From contig NC_043015.1 of NCBI RefSeq assembly GCF_006345805.1, forward strand, positions 32,364,001 through 32,428,000: DNA of 64,000 nucleotides, given 5' to 3'. A model generated the notes under the pieces. That model worked only from the letters and a program-made list of their open reading frames with translations. It was not told where the DNA came from and did no database searches. Shown piece by piece: positions 37,920 through 52,299 of this stretch. Source of the stretch: Octopus sinensis. Lineage: Eukaryota. The position numbers and the translations under genes were made by a program. Each line of letters opens with the position of its first letter. Within the stretch, counting starts at the first letter, position 1.

Positions 37920-38338
37920 ACTCTTTACTCTTTACTCTTTTACTTGTTTCAGTCATTTCACTGCGGCCATGCTGGAGCACCGCCTTTAGTCGAGCAAATC
38001 GACCCCGGGACTTATTCTTTGTAAGCCCACTACTTATTCTATCGGTCTCTCTTTTGCCGAACCGCTAAGTGACGGGGACGTAAACACACCAGCATCGGTT
38101 GTCAAGCAATGCTAGGGGGACAAACACAGACGCACAAACATATATACACACACTTATATATATATACATATATACGACAGGCTTCTTTCAGTTTCCGTCT
38201 ACCAAATCCACTCACAAGGCATTGGTCGGCCCGGGGCTATAGCAGAAGACACTTGCCCAAGATGCCACGCAGTGGGACTGAACCCGGAACCATGTGGTTG
38301 GTTAGCAAGCCACTTACCACACAGCCACTCCTGCGCCT
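37920..38338 (-). mobile_element. SINE family A, full length, low divergence
   Basis: (CTCTTTTA)n tail and ..ACACAGCCACTCCTGCGCC head. Confidence 0.92.
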
Positions 38339-38658
38339 TATAGTAGATGAATGTTACATATTAGTTTCAAATTTTAGCACAAGGCCAGCAATTTCGGGGC
38401 TGGAAATAAGTCGGTTACAACGACACCGGTGTTCAACTGGTCCTTATTTTATCGATCCCGAAAGGGTAAAAGGCAAAGTCGATACCGCAAAGAGGAAAGA
38501 CAAAGACGGTCTCAGCGGAATTTGCATTCAGCACGTAAAAGACGTACAAAATGCGGCTAAGCACTTTGTCTAGCGTACTGACCATTATGCCATTAGCTGA
38601 CCATTAGCTGACTTGAGTGTGTTTTTTTTGTGTGTGTGTGTGTGTTTGTTTGTTTGTT

Positions 38659-38727
<69 letters not shown>

Positions 38728-39079
38728 CCACCTCTTTGATATTTTAACAACAGTTATACTTTGTGTTACTCATAAGTAACTAAGAAACTAACTAAATAAA
38801 TTGGCTGATATATTCCCATTTAGTCTCAAACCGAAGTCCGATTATCAAATCAACTCAAGGCGTGGTTATGTGGTAAGAAGCTTGCTTCCCAACCACATAG
38901 TTCCGAGTTCAGTCCCACTGGTGGCAACTTGGGCAAGCCTCTTCTACTATAGCCTCGGACCGACCAAATCCTTATGGGCGGATACCGTAGTCGTATACAT
39001 ATACATACATACATACATACATAATTAATACATACACACACACACATATATATATATATATACTCTATTTATATTGTAT

Positions 39080-39171
<92 letters not shown>

Positions 39172-39879
39172 TTTATTTATATATACTTTTTTATATTATA
39201 TATATATAAATATTCTTCATATATTATCATTTTTATGTAAGAAATAGCGTAGTTTATAATAATCGTAGCTTTATACGTTTGTTTAATTGATTTACGGTGG
39301 TATTTTCCTCTGATAAACCAAATAAATTTGTGTTTTTCACTTGTTATTTACTAAGAATAATGTTTATGTTAGCACGAATAAATAGATTAGAATAATTACT
39401 ATATATAATCATATATCTTTTTGAATAATTATGCATATATGAATATTTCTTGTAGACTCTTATAATATTTAGTATATATAATCATGTTCTTTCGAACTTG
39501 TATACACATTAAAAATTTATAGAAGAATAAAAGTATTGGTTTACTCTAATTTCTTACTTTCTGTAAAACTAAGTAAAATTCTGATACTTAATTTATTTAT
39601 ATTATCATTATCAAGAAATAGTATTGTTTATAATCATCGTAAAAAAATACATTTGTTTAACATCGGCGTATTTAGTAGAAACTTTTGAGTAAATGAATCA
39701 TTAATTGAAAACTTTTTTAATGAATTTAGTGCCTTATTTATTTATCTTTTTTAATCATAGTATATAGTAATTTGAAATAAAATATATTTCCTACTCCACC
39801 ATAAATTTTTAACATATTATATAAATCGTATTATATAATAAAATGTCCAGTGATTATTTTCGATTAAAATATCTGTAGG

Positions 39880-40075
39880 TGAAGGCACATTGGCCCAGTG
39901 GTTAGGGCAGCGGACTCGCGGTTTCGATTCCCAGACCAGGTGTTGTGTGTGTTTATTGAGCGAAAACACCTAAAAACTCCACGAGGCTCCGGCAGGGGGT
40001 GGTGCTGAACCCTGTTGTACTCTTTCGCCCCAACTTTCCTTTCTTCCTGTTTCTTGAGTAACGCTGCAATGGACT
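39880..40075 (+). mobile_element. SINE family C (tRNA-Arg-like head, OR1-like), partial
   Basis: GGCCCAGTGGTTAGGGCAGCGGACTCGCGGTTTCGATTCCC, with an internal deletion between the two TCGCGGT repeats. Confidence 0.8.
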
Positions 40076-40739
40076 GTTAAGTACCAGTTGCATACTGGGA
40101 TGGATTTAATCGACTGGCTCCCTCCCCCAAAATCTCGGGTCTAGATTAGAAAAAAAAATATATATGTATACATATTTATGTGTCTTTGTGTCTGTTTGTC
40201 CCCTCACCATCGCTTGACAACCGACGTTGCTGTATTTATGTCTCACTAACTTAGCGTTTCAGCAAAAAAAAAAACCGACAGAATAAGTATTAGACTTACA
40301 AAGAATAAATCCTGGTGTCGATTTCTTCTACTAAAACCCTTTAAGGCCGTGCTCCAGCATGGCCACTGTCAAATGACTGAAACGTTTAAAAGAATAAATA
40401 GTTCTCTGTCTATCTATCTATCTATCTATCTATCTATATAGATATCATTTTATAATTTAAATTTTTTACATATAAATGGCCGTCTTTCATCGTGTTGTAG
40501 CAAAACATTCCTACGTTAGATCACTCAATCAAAGTCTTATGCAGTAGAGAGGAGGGATTTGACTCCCAACCGATAAACGTGTCAAGAAACTAGAGGTAAG
40601 CATTGGGTACATGGTGCCGGGGGAACCAGAATAAAATTTACCGAGTAGAAGATGTCGCAGGGAAAATGTTATCGTATGAAGATTCAACGAAAGCGAAAAC
40701 ACAAACGTGATTAAGAGATTAAAATACCGTGTGGAAAAA

Positions 40740-40788
40740 ATGTCTGACGTCGAAACAGAACTCAGTAGAACGAAGATTGTTGTCCCTG
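40740..40788 (+). CDS. Possible first coding exon (MSDVETELSRTKIVVP-G)
   Basis: AAAAATG start context and CCTG|GTTTGT donor in unique sequence; no independent support. Confidence 0.25.
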
Positions 40789-41126
40789 GTTTGTTGTCGA
40801 GCTTACTGGCCACGAATTATATTGCTATGATGTTAATGCATTACTATATGAGACAGCAAAAGCTACATGTTTTTTCTTTTCTCTTCCAACGGTAGTTATC
40901 GTTAAAAATGTGTTGTGAAGATATATTAAATCTTACATACTTTCTCGTGTCTTGCTTTATCCTGTCACATGTCATTACGTCTTTTATTTACATTTTGGCA
41001 GCTCTAACCGGCAGATCAACAACTTTCATTTTTGTACACACACAAACACACAAACACACACACACACACATATATATATACACGTATATATTTATATATA
41101 GGTATATGTGCGCGCGTATGTGAGTG

Positions 41127-41191
<65 letters not shown>

Positions 41192-42110
41192 GTGTGTGCG
41201 TGTTTGTATATATAATGTATCTATATGAATGCATTCATACGTACATAGGCACACATACACACACATATCTATATTCACTTATTACGTATGTAATATATAT
41301 GTATGTATATAAATACACATGAAGGTATATATGTATAATATATATTTATATATGCTTATGCGTATGCGTACACACACAGACCCACCCATATCCACACACA
41401 CGCGTATACATTAATATATATATATACACATCACTTGTATGCCTATGCGTATATATAAAGATATATGTATGTAAATATATATTTATATGTATATGTAATA
41501 TACATGTGTGTGTATGTGTGTATGTGTGTTTGTGTGGTTTTATATATGTGTCTCTGTGTACAAAAACAGACACCTACACATAAGTGTTCGTATGTATGTG
41601 TGTGTGTGTGTGCGTGTGAATAAAGGTTATTAAATAAAACTTGTAAACGTTAGTTTTATGGGCACGACGTTAATGATACAAGAAGGAAAGATTCAGATAT
41701 CAAGAATGATGGTTAGCTATTTAACAACCATGATAGCTGGCTTACTATTCAACAGCAGCCTGTGAAGTGTTACTGTGACAACCAGAAAGCTGTATTAAGT
41801 TTCATCTATGACCGTTACACATTATACCGACAGCTAAATTGGTTGACATTTGTTTTTCTATTAGTTTGATATAATTGATTATCATATTTTATTACTTTAG
41901 CTTTGGAGGCTTTAAGTTTCTTCACAGCTTCAAAATGATTGGTACATTAAATTGGCAAGGTAATCTCTTCATATTTTATTCTATATAATTCTTAACTCAC
42001 ATCTCAGGTGATACGAAGTTTTAGTATTCTGTCTTCATCTGCACGGACTCTTTATTGAGTCATTATGTGTGTTTGAGTGAGAGTCTGCGCGTTTGTGGGT
42101 GTATATATAT

Positions 42111-42180
<70 letters not shown>

Positions 42181-43614
42181 CGTTAGTTTCTAATCAAAGT
42201 GTGTATGAAACAGTCCTAATAACGTGTGACCGCTTCCGACCCTTCAGCTATTACTACATGACTTTATTCCTCCGAGGGCTAAACTAACATTTTATATCAG
42301 ACCAACAGCATCACGCCATCCTTAACGTCTCCTCTTCCTAACATCGAGTCACTAGGTCGGTCCGTAAGTAGTTTCTTGTCCTGCTAGAAATACCAGCCGA
42401 ATATCCTCTCAAATCATGTTTTCTACATGGGAAGTCTATATCAGAGATTTTAATCATCGAGTAATCGTATCTGAAGAAAGTGGAAATGATAACTTTTAAA
42501 ACCTTTCTCATCATAAATATACCTAATCTGTTCTAATCTAGAACTTTAAACATAAAAGACAACAAACAGCTCTAAAACTCTACCTCTCTAAGTAAAAAAC
42601 AAGCTCTCCACTATTCAACTGAGAGTATTTCCATCTAAATTGCTAAGAGAATATCAAACAATCACGGAGTTATTCCCTGCATCAGAACAGAAGATAGCTA
42701 AGGGTAGCGTTCCCCCACCGTTCGTGGTTTATAATGCTTCTTACTGAAACAAACTACATTGTTAATATTTGTAATCCAGGTCCTAGGATCACAGAATTGT
42801 TTACGTGTTCATCATTTGAAGGTTAATTTGTCTCGATGAGACTGGAGAGCAAATTTTAAAAAATTGTTTTCTTTGAAGGAAAGATTTAACGACGATTCAG
42901 CAGTTAATGACTCGTAGCTCCTGGAGCGTGAGTTCGAAGCTTGTTCATTCACGCGTGATATTTATGATAAAGTCAGTTAAATCAGCATGAGTCTTCGGGT
43001 ATATTTATGTAAATTACTATTCTTTTATATTTTATGGGAGAAGAATTTAAGAAAAGAAGAATAGTTTAGAAAATATTATTTTGAAACTAAAATAGCAATT
43101 CTCATTAATTTTAAATTCTAGTCACGCCATAATAAGCTTTCTTCAGTAAACACAATCTGGTCTTGTTCAGTTTCTCTTATTGATTCTACAGACTTTGCGA
43201 AATTCGATAATGTTTTCGCTTAAGGCACATTATCATAATGGCTTCTAAAGTAAAAGGCTTCCATGGCTGGCAGAATCGGTAGAGTGTAACATTGAAAACT
43301 TTGTACTGTGTTGTTTAGCTTCCGTTTCCTTATATTGTGAGATCAAATCCCATCAGTGTTACCATTGTATTTTGACTCTTCACTGTCGTTAAAAGATCTC
43401 TGATAATTTTGTGAGTTTATAACAACACAAGAAATCGATATTATCAAAGTTTCATTTATTTAATCGTAAATGTAAACATAATTAGCATTTCTCCTTTGTC
43501 CTTAAGTATGATATCATCAAAAGTGCATTAGGCTATGTAGCTACGGATTTGCATAGAAACCTATAGATTCTTAGGTTTTCTCAGAAAGAGGAAAGGAAGC
43601 TAATGTGCATCCTC

Positions 43615-43950
43615 GGCCCCAGGACTTATTCTTTGTAAGTCTAGTACGTATTCTATCGTCTCTTTTGCCGAACCGCTAAGTGACGGGGACGTAAACACAC
43701 CAGCATCTGTTGTCAAACGATGTTGGGGGGGGGGGTCAAAAACAATCACACAAACATATACTCATACATATATATGTATACATATATACGACGGGCTTCT
43801 TTCAGTTTCCGTCTACTAAATCCACTCACAAGTCTTTGGTTGGCCCGAGGTTATAGTAGAAGACACTTGCCCAAGGTGCCACGCAGTGGGACTGAACCCG
43901 GAACCATGTGGTTGGTAAGCAAGCTACTTACCACCACAGCCACTCCTACA
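43615..43950 (-). mobile_element. SINE family A, 3'-truncated
   Basis: Reverse-strand match. Confidence 0.85.
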
Positions 43951-44926
43951 CGTATATGATGTATATAATCTTCATATATATATATGCATAAAACCTTAAG
44001 CGCATAGATTTAGGCGTAGCTGTGTGGTTTAAGGAGTTTGTTCCTCGATTATACAGTTACGGGTTCTATCCCACCGCCTGATACACTGGCTAAGTATTTC
44101 CTTCTGTAGCTTCGGATTGAACTTTGCTTTATAGTAAAATTTGCTACATGGATACTGTGTGGGATTCCAGAGATGTATGCACCTGTATTTATCGGTGATT
44201 TTGTTTTTATTAAACATCAAGACCATATTACTTACACACAGGACTCATTAATCCACATTACATCATTTCCTAGTAACTACCTGCTATAACTTTTATTTCT
44301 TGCCTCTGTCTCTCACACACTTAACAAATATATTTTATATATACTATATATTTTTCTTTCTTCATCTTTCGCATATGTGTTTTGCTCTTTAGTCGTTGAT
44401 CAAATCGTATCCTTGTCAACCTGTGTGCATCTTCAAACTGTGTCAAGGTGACATTATTTAATGTATCCTCTCTTTTCAGGTGGTATTGTTTGATCTGATT
44501 GTGATTTAACTGCTATTTAGGGCCGTGCGAGTTACCACGTAGAAGCTCTTTTATAAGCATACCTTTTGTATATTAAATTATCACTCGTTCTAGATTATCT
44601 TAAAGATATGTATCCACTGTATCTATGTCTCTGTTAATGGATTAAACCTTCTTTGCATTAAACCTCATTAATTCTGTTGATCTCGTAAATTTTGGGCTGC
44701 ATTAGATTTTTGTCAAATATCTCCGGTTTGATCAAAAGCTTCTTTCATATTATCATTTCATCTCAAATCCTTATAACTGTCATTATTTGTTTTCTAACAT
44801 GAGGTTTATTCGATGTTTTTTTTTTTGTGGGTGGAGTTGGCGGTGGATTATTTCTCATCTCGGATGTATTGTTGACAATACATCTTTTAATCTTTATTCC
44901 CTCTAATTACCTGCAGAAAAATATTT

Positions 44927-45110
44927 CTAAATATTAATTTTATAACGATATTTGCTATTTTAAACAGTAGCCTATTATACAGGAGAAAACTAGTCCAGTG
45001 TTTTCCTTTTCACGTACTAAATATTAATTTTATAACATCATTTCCTAATTTAAACATTGGCCTATTATATCAGAGAAAACTAGTCCAGTGTTTTCATTTT
45101 CAGGTACTAA
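44927..45110 (+). repeat. 90-bp diverged direct tandem duplication
   Basis: CTAAATATTAATTTTATAAC at 44927 and 45017; GAGAAAACTAGTCCAGTGTTTTC in both units. Confidence 0.85.
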
Positions 45111-45414
45111 AGGAGCTAGAAATAGAAACTCTGAAGCAATTGTCTCTATATTGGCTGTGTTTTGTCCATAGCAATAATGGAAACAAAAGGAAACACGTCT
45201 GACGCCCGAGGCTGCAGCTTGACACAAATGTCAAATTATTAATCAACGTTCTTTGAGATATTTATTCTGGCTTCCATTTTCTGAGTTCAAATCCTGCCAC
45301 GACTAGCCTTGCTTTTCATCTTTCCAAAGGTTACTGAAATAAAGAACTAATCCAGAGCAGGAGATATGGGAAATTATTTAATTGTTGGACAGAATGCCTT
45401 ATGCGTCTCCACGC

Positions 45415-45600
45415 CACCAGTGTTATCCAAGGGAAAGGCAAAGGGGCCGATACAGCTTGGCACCAATGATGCTGCAACTCATTTCTACAGCTGAGTGAAC
45501 TGGAACAACATGAAATAAAGTGTCTTGCTCAAGAAAACAACGCGCAACCCGGTCCGGGAATCGAACTCACTACATCGTGATTGTCAGACGACGCTTACAT
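45415..45600 (-). mobile_element. CORE-like tRNA SINE family E (other copies about 47700-47950, 20990-21080, 60770-60835, 61500-61590)
   Basis: Minus GAGTTCGATTCCCGGACC..TTGAGCAAGACACTTTATTTC..CACTCAGCTGTAGAAATGAG resembles the CORE domain. Confidence 0.7.
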
Positions 45601-45967
45601 ACATATACAAGCTTCCGCCTACCAACAACATGTTTGCAAAACAAACTTCTTACCAACAAACCCATGACTCTGTGTCTCTTCACCGCCATATCTGTATATA
45701 TAAGCAAAATTTAAACAAGGAAGATAACTCAAATACCTCAACGGCGTGGTTTGATATAACAGGCATGTAGAGTTGTACTTAATGAATGAAACAAAAAATC
45801 CTTAGGGAATCGAAAAGCCGAAATTTGTCTGTTAACTGGACAAAGAGAACAAAAGCATTACAATAGATACTATACTTTCATGAAGCAAATTAAATGAAGT
45901 CAATTAAATTCACCATAAATTGAGAATTAATTTAAAAAACATTTTGTGTTATATCATTCAGTATCTC

Positions 45968-45997
45968 CATACATACATACATACATACATACATACA

Positions 45998-46031
<34 letters not shown>

Positions 46032-46541
46032 CATACATGCATACATACATACATACGTACATACATACATACGTACATACATACATTCATACATACATAC
46101 ATTCATACATACATACATACATACGTACATACATACATACATACATACATACATACATGCATACATACATACATTCGTACATACATACATACGTACATAC
46201 ATACATACGTACATACATACATACATGCATACATACATACATACATACATACGTACATACATACATACATTCGTACATACATACATTCATAATTTCATAC
46301 ATACATACGTACATACGTACATACATACATGCATATATATATACATACATACATTCATATATGCATACATACATTCATACATACATACATACATACATAC
46401 GTACATACATACATACGTACATACATACATTCATACATACATACATTCATACATTCATACATACGTACATAGGTACATACATACATACATACATACATAC
46501 ATACATACATACATACATACATACATACATACATACATACA
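45968..46541. repeat. (CATA)n microsatellite
   Basis: Directly visible. Confidence 0.97.
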
Positions 46542-46919
46542 TGATGTGTGTGTGTTAAATTGTTACCAGAAGCAGAATTTGTATATTAGAACATTTCTAA
46601 AACTCGCAAAAGAAAAAACATTAAAGATTGGTGACACTTATTATGAAGGAAGACATCGAACAACAAAGATTCACAATTAAATAACAATTACATGAAGGTG
46701 TTAGAGAATAGACTGTTGAATGAAGATACTTAAAGATAGACATTGGACAATAGATATTCACAGAATAACAATGAGACGTGGGTGTTAAGACTAAGAGCAA
46801 ATGGATTTCCGTCCGTTTCGACGGAGAGTAAGTCGCATGGAGTAGTTCGGTCAACTGAAATATCTGCTCATTAGGTTTTAAGTGTCCGAACTAAAGGGAT
46901 TATATGTTAAGCCTTTGAA

Positions 46920-47380
46920 CAAGGTGCAGTCGTGATCTCGTGGGTAAGCAGTCTGCTTTCCAAGCACGTGTTTTGGGGTTCAGTCCCACTGCAAGGCACC
47001 TTGGGCAAATGTGTTCTACTATAGCTACGGGAGGGGCGTCCAAAGACTTGTGAGTGGATTTGACAAACGGAAACGGTAAGAAATCCGTCGTATATACATA
47101 TATGTATATATCTATCCGTATACATGTGTTTGCGTTTGGGCTAGCCCTCCACCACCACAACCACCACCAATACCACTTGACAATCGGTGTTGGTTTGTTT
47201 ACATCCCCATAACGTATTCTATTGGTTCCCTCTGCGACTCGGAATGGGAAACCAATAGAATAAATACCAAAATTTAAAAAAACCCTATAAGTCCTGGGGT
47301 TTATTTATACGACTCATCTTTCAAGGCTGTGCTCGAACATGGTCGCAGTTCAGTGACCGAAACATTTAAAAGACATAAAG
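46920..47380 (+). mobile_element. Diverged SINE family A
   Basis: GGGTTCAGTCCCACTGCAAGGCACCTTGGGCAAATGTG.. Confidence 0.75.
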
Positions 47381-48844
47381 GAACATGCTATCGATACTTT
47401 TAATGTAATTCTTAAGCCAAAATCAGTGTAGCCTCTAGAAACAACACTCATTGGTATTTGTCGGTTTTATACTATGTGTTCACCCTGTTTGCTTTGTCAC
47501 AAGATCTTTGTAGTTTCAGTCTACCAATTTCCACTCTCAAGTATTGGTTAAACTCGACGCTATAGTAAAATACAGGTCCTCAAGATTTCAATGGGATCGA
47601 ACTCATGTCCTCATCAATTCGAAGCGAACTGCTGAACCATTCGGACATGCTGCTCTCAAAACTCCACAAAGTATAGGGTTGCACCTAGAAAGTACCCCAC
47701 CCCAAGGCACAAGCTCGGGAAAGGTTGTTTTATAGCAGACCAGCATTTGTGCATGCATACCAGCCATCCCCTCTTCAACATACCAATGTTATCCAAACGA
47801 AAAGTAAAGGCTCATGGAGCTGACTGAACTGGAGTAACATGAAATAGAATGTCTTGCTCAAAAACACAACAGACAGCCCGGTCCTGGAATCAAACTCACT
47901 ACCTCATGATTGTGGGCCCGACGCTCTAATCACCGAGCCGTGCGCCTTCTACACAGTATACTGTTGAAGAAACACATTTGGAGATAGGAAGATATTCAAG
48001 AATAACTGTTCCCAGATAGAATATAACACATGCAGGTGAAAGATGGGAGGTTGATGAGGTAAAAGAAAGACTCGCAAACATCATATGCAATGTGGGTGTT
48101 ATTCTGTAGACGACTGTGACGAGAAAGGCATATCAATGTGATTCTCCATAGATTCGAAGATCGACAATCAGATAGATTCGTTAGAAAACAGATAAATTTA
48201 TATGTAGATGTTGAAAGCTTGTGTGAAATTTCTTCCACATTTCATTATTATAGGATATTCAATTTACTTACTATTGATTGTGTTGCATCTGCTCGAGGAA
48301 TGTGAGAAAATCGAGAATATATTTGGTATTGGCGACTACATACACACTTCTGTGCATCAATGAATAAATGAGCAAACGCTACACGCGTGTGCGCACCCTT
48401 ACGCACTCGCACGCATATATAATAAATATACATGCGAATCTTTCTTTCTATCTGTCTCCCTCTCTATTCCAAACTATGTGTGTGTGTCTCTCTATTTATG
48501 TGTGTGTGTGAGTATATATGCATATGCATATACGTATACTCACTCACACACACACACACACATATATATATATGTATACATATATATATATATATATATA
48601 TTTATTTATATAGAATACAAAACACGACAAGAACGCAAATCTTCCACACAGGTGATACAAAGAAAGGTACAACAAAACATTCAGATACAAGATACACACG
48701 CGTCTGTGGAGTGCTCAGCCACATGCGCGTTAATATCACGATCAAGCTGTTCCATTGATCGCATCAGCTGGAACCCTCGTCGACGTAACCGACGGAATGC
48801 TCCTATGTATGTATGTATATGTATATATATATATATATATAATA

Positions 48845-48886
<42 letters not shown>

Positions 48887-49034
48887 TATTATATATATAT
48901 ATATATATAATATATATATAATATATATATATGCATGTATGTATATATATTATATATATAAACACACTCACAATAATGTGTGTGCGTAGTATTAAAGATA
49001 TATATATATATATGTATGTATATATACATATAGT

Positions 49035-49085
<51 letters not shown>

Positions 49086-49114
49086 ATATAAAGATATATA
49101 TGTATACATATATA

Positions 49115-49194
49115 TCTTTAACACCGGGCACACACATTAATGTGTGTGTATATAAAAACACACTCACATTAATGTGTATGCACGGTGTTAAAGA
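49115..49194. repeat. 80-bp palindromic mini-element in (TA)n
   Basis: TCTTTAACACCG..CACATTAATGTG..CACATTAATGTG..CGGTGTTAAAGA; half copy at about 48958-49000. Confidence 0.7.
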
Positions 49195-49590
49195 TATATA
49201 TATATATACATGCGTATGCATATTTATCTCTCTCCCTCTCTCCCCTGCACTCTTTCCTCCCGTTCTCTTTCTCTCTCTCCTTCTCTCTTTCTCCCTCTTT
49301 CTCTCCCCGTCACTATATATATACTCTGCGTAAGTATATACAAATATTTATGTAGAAAAACACATCATAATTATAAAATAATTATAACCATACATATAGC
49401 ATAATATATATACACTCTCAAATACTGATGTACGCAAAGATATATAGATATAATCCCATGAACGAACCTTGAAGACATACATGTATACTCATAGATAGGT
49501 TAAAGTAATTTATTTGGCTTTAAACATCAATACCATGTACACATCAATATGAATATCAATACACACACACTTATATATATATATATATAC

Positions 49591-49640
<50 letters not shown>

Positions 49641-49802
49641 GTATATATATATATTATTTACATATTATATACAAAGAGAAACCTCACAAAAACAAATTCA
49701 TGATCTATATACGTCCAGGAATAAAGATATATACATACACCCACACATGAACATAGCCACAAATATACACACAATAACACATACACATCTGTGTATGTGT
49801 GA

Positions 49803-49839
<37 letters not shown>

Positions 49840-49904
49840 TATATGTATATCCGTATATATACGTATGTATACGTATATATATATACATACATATATATAC
49901 ATAC

Positions 49905-50277
49905 ACTAGCAGTATTGCCCGGCGTTGCTCGGGTTTGTAAGGGAAATAACTATAAAGCATTTTTAGAGAGTTATAGCCAAAAAATGGAAAAAAAATGATG
50001 GTAAATTTTTTTTTAGTTAAAAAGGTCGAGTTGCGTCCCCTAGACAGTCTGTGGTTTGTGTTTCTGATTGTCGACCCCATGTCGAATTTATCGATTTTTT
50101 TCAGAACTGGGGGAACTTTTCAAAATTTTCGCTGCGTTAGTTTTGAATTATGACATTGGGCTATGTGTGTGTCAAGTTTCATCAGAATCGGTTGAAAGCT
50201 GTGGTCAGAGTGAGGGTACAACCTGACAGACACACAGAAACACGCACAGACAAACTGCCGTTTATATAGAGAGAGAT
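49905..50277 (+). mobile_element. Non-autonomous Helitron/Helentron-like element (Lep1/DINE-type architecture)
   Basis: 5' ACTAG, subterminal hairpin CCCGGCGTTGCTCGGG, AAGTTTCATCAGAATCGG, GACA/CACA repeat, 3' TTTATATAGAGAGAGAT; no TSD; second copy at 56641-57025. Confidence 0.7.
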
Positions 50278-50365
50278 ATACATATATATATATACGTATA
50301 CATACAAGTAGAATATATATTTTTATATGTACTCTTATACATACATACGTACACACACACACACT

Positions 50366-50401
<36 letters not shown>

Positions 50402-50779
50402 AATATGTTTACATTCCTTCAAGTAACCTTATGTATGAACAGTCAGAGTGTAACGCAAATATATTAAATTTAAACAAAGCCACAGTCGTAGTCGCCGACG
50501 AGAAGCTAAACATGGCAGAATTTAAAATAGGTTACATATAAAATTATGCATTAACATGTACTAGAACATAGACGCACACACAAATGCACATACGCATATA
50601 TCAAGTTGTCAAGTCTGTTGATACTTAAAAATACACGTTTCCCAGAATTTACCATTTATAAGGAATACAGACGCATAATTTTATATATAAACGTGTATAT
50701 AGATTTGATGATAGAAATAATAATAGTAACCTTTTCTATTTTAAACATAGGATCTGAAATTATAGGTGAGAGAAAGCTG

Positions 50780-51260
50780 ATTACATTAACTGGTACTTAT
50801 TGTATCACCTCCTAAAGGCAAATTTGAACTCAGAACGTAAAGACGCACGAAATACCTATTTATTTACTGCCCACAAGGGGCTAAACACAGTGAGGAGAAA
50901 CAAGGACAGACAAACGGATTAAGTCGATTATATGCGTAACTGGTACTTAGTTTATTGACCCCAAAAGGATGAAAGGCAACGTCAACCTCGGCGGAATTTG
51001 AACTCAGAACGTAACGGCAGACGAAGTACCTATCTCTTTACTACCCACAAGGGGCTAAACACAGAGAGGACAAACAAGGACAGGCAGACGGATTAAGTCG
51101 ATCATATCGACCTCAGTGCGTAACTGGTAGTTAATTTATTGACCCCGAAAGGATGAAAGGCAAAGTCGACCTCAGCGGAATTTGAACTCAGAACCTAAAG
51201 GCAGACGAAATACCGCTAAGCTTTTTCCCGGCGTGGTAACGATTCCGCCAATTCACTGGC
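50780..51260 (-). mobile_element. SINE family B multimer (one head plus about 2.5 tandem ~185-bp body units)
   Basis: TTTGAACTCAGAAC recurs at about 50822, 50997 and 51182; a single A-box head at about 51215-51258. Confidence 0.88.
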
Positions 51261-51425
51261 GCAGGAACAACAACAACAACAACAGTAATAAAATGTTCTG
51301 CACCTTTTCTGTAATAGGGAAATTGAGAACAATTAAGAGCTACAGAACTTAGATAGAACTAGGAATTGCACTAAGTGCACAGTATGCACCACCCTCAGAC
51401 ATTGTCCGAAAAGATTGACCATAGT

Positions 51426-51805
51426 GGAAGCACTCCGTCGGTTACAACGACGAGGGTTCCGGTTGATCCGAATCAACGGAACTGCCTGCTCGTGAAATTA
51501 ACGTGTAAGTGGCTGAGCACTCCACAGACACGTGTACCCTTAACGTAGTTCTCGGGGATATTCATCGTGACACAGAGAGTGACGAGGCCGGCCCCTTGAA
51601 ATACGGGTACAACAGAGACAGGAAGTAAGAGTGAGAGAAAGAAAGTTGTGGTGAAAGAGTACAGCAGGGATCACCACCATCCCCTGCCGGAGCCTCGTGG
51701 AACTCTTAGGTGTTTTTGCTCAATAAACACTCACAACGCCCGGTCTGGGAATCGATCCTATGACCGCGAGTCCGCTGCCCTAACCACTGGGCCATTGCGA
51801 TCCAC
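51426..51805 (-). mobile_element. SINE family C (OR1-like), full length with TSD
   Basis: TSD TGACCATAGT at 51416-51425 and 51806-51815; tRNA-Arg-like head. Confidence 0.9.
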
Positions 51806-52299
51806 TGACCATAGTAGTGAAGCAAGAGAACCAGATGTGGTCAGTCCATGATAGAAAATACAATGACCATATCGCTCTACAGGAAAATGGTTATGACTGG
51901 TTGACAGCACTCTATATGCCAGATACCTTTCTTCGTTCAAGAATTGATCGTGGATTGCAGCTCTATCAAAGGTACAAACGACAGTGAAACACGTCTGGCT
52001 TAATGGTGACCACAATTGCTCACTATCATGGAAATGCTGGAGATGTCTTAACCTCAGCAAATGTCTACGCATCATTAGTCACCCCCCCCCCACACTCAGT
52101 CCCACACGCAGTCCTTTCCGTTCAATTGAAGAAATTATCTCTTCAAAGGTAATGACTTCTTTTGGCAACTGAATATTTATATTTAACTGATTAGCGTATT
52201 TAACGTCGCAATACATAGATGCTGATGTGTCTCTTCAAAGAATCTAATCTCATTATATCTTGCTTCAATGCTCTACATAGAAAACCCCCCCTTTTTTTT

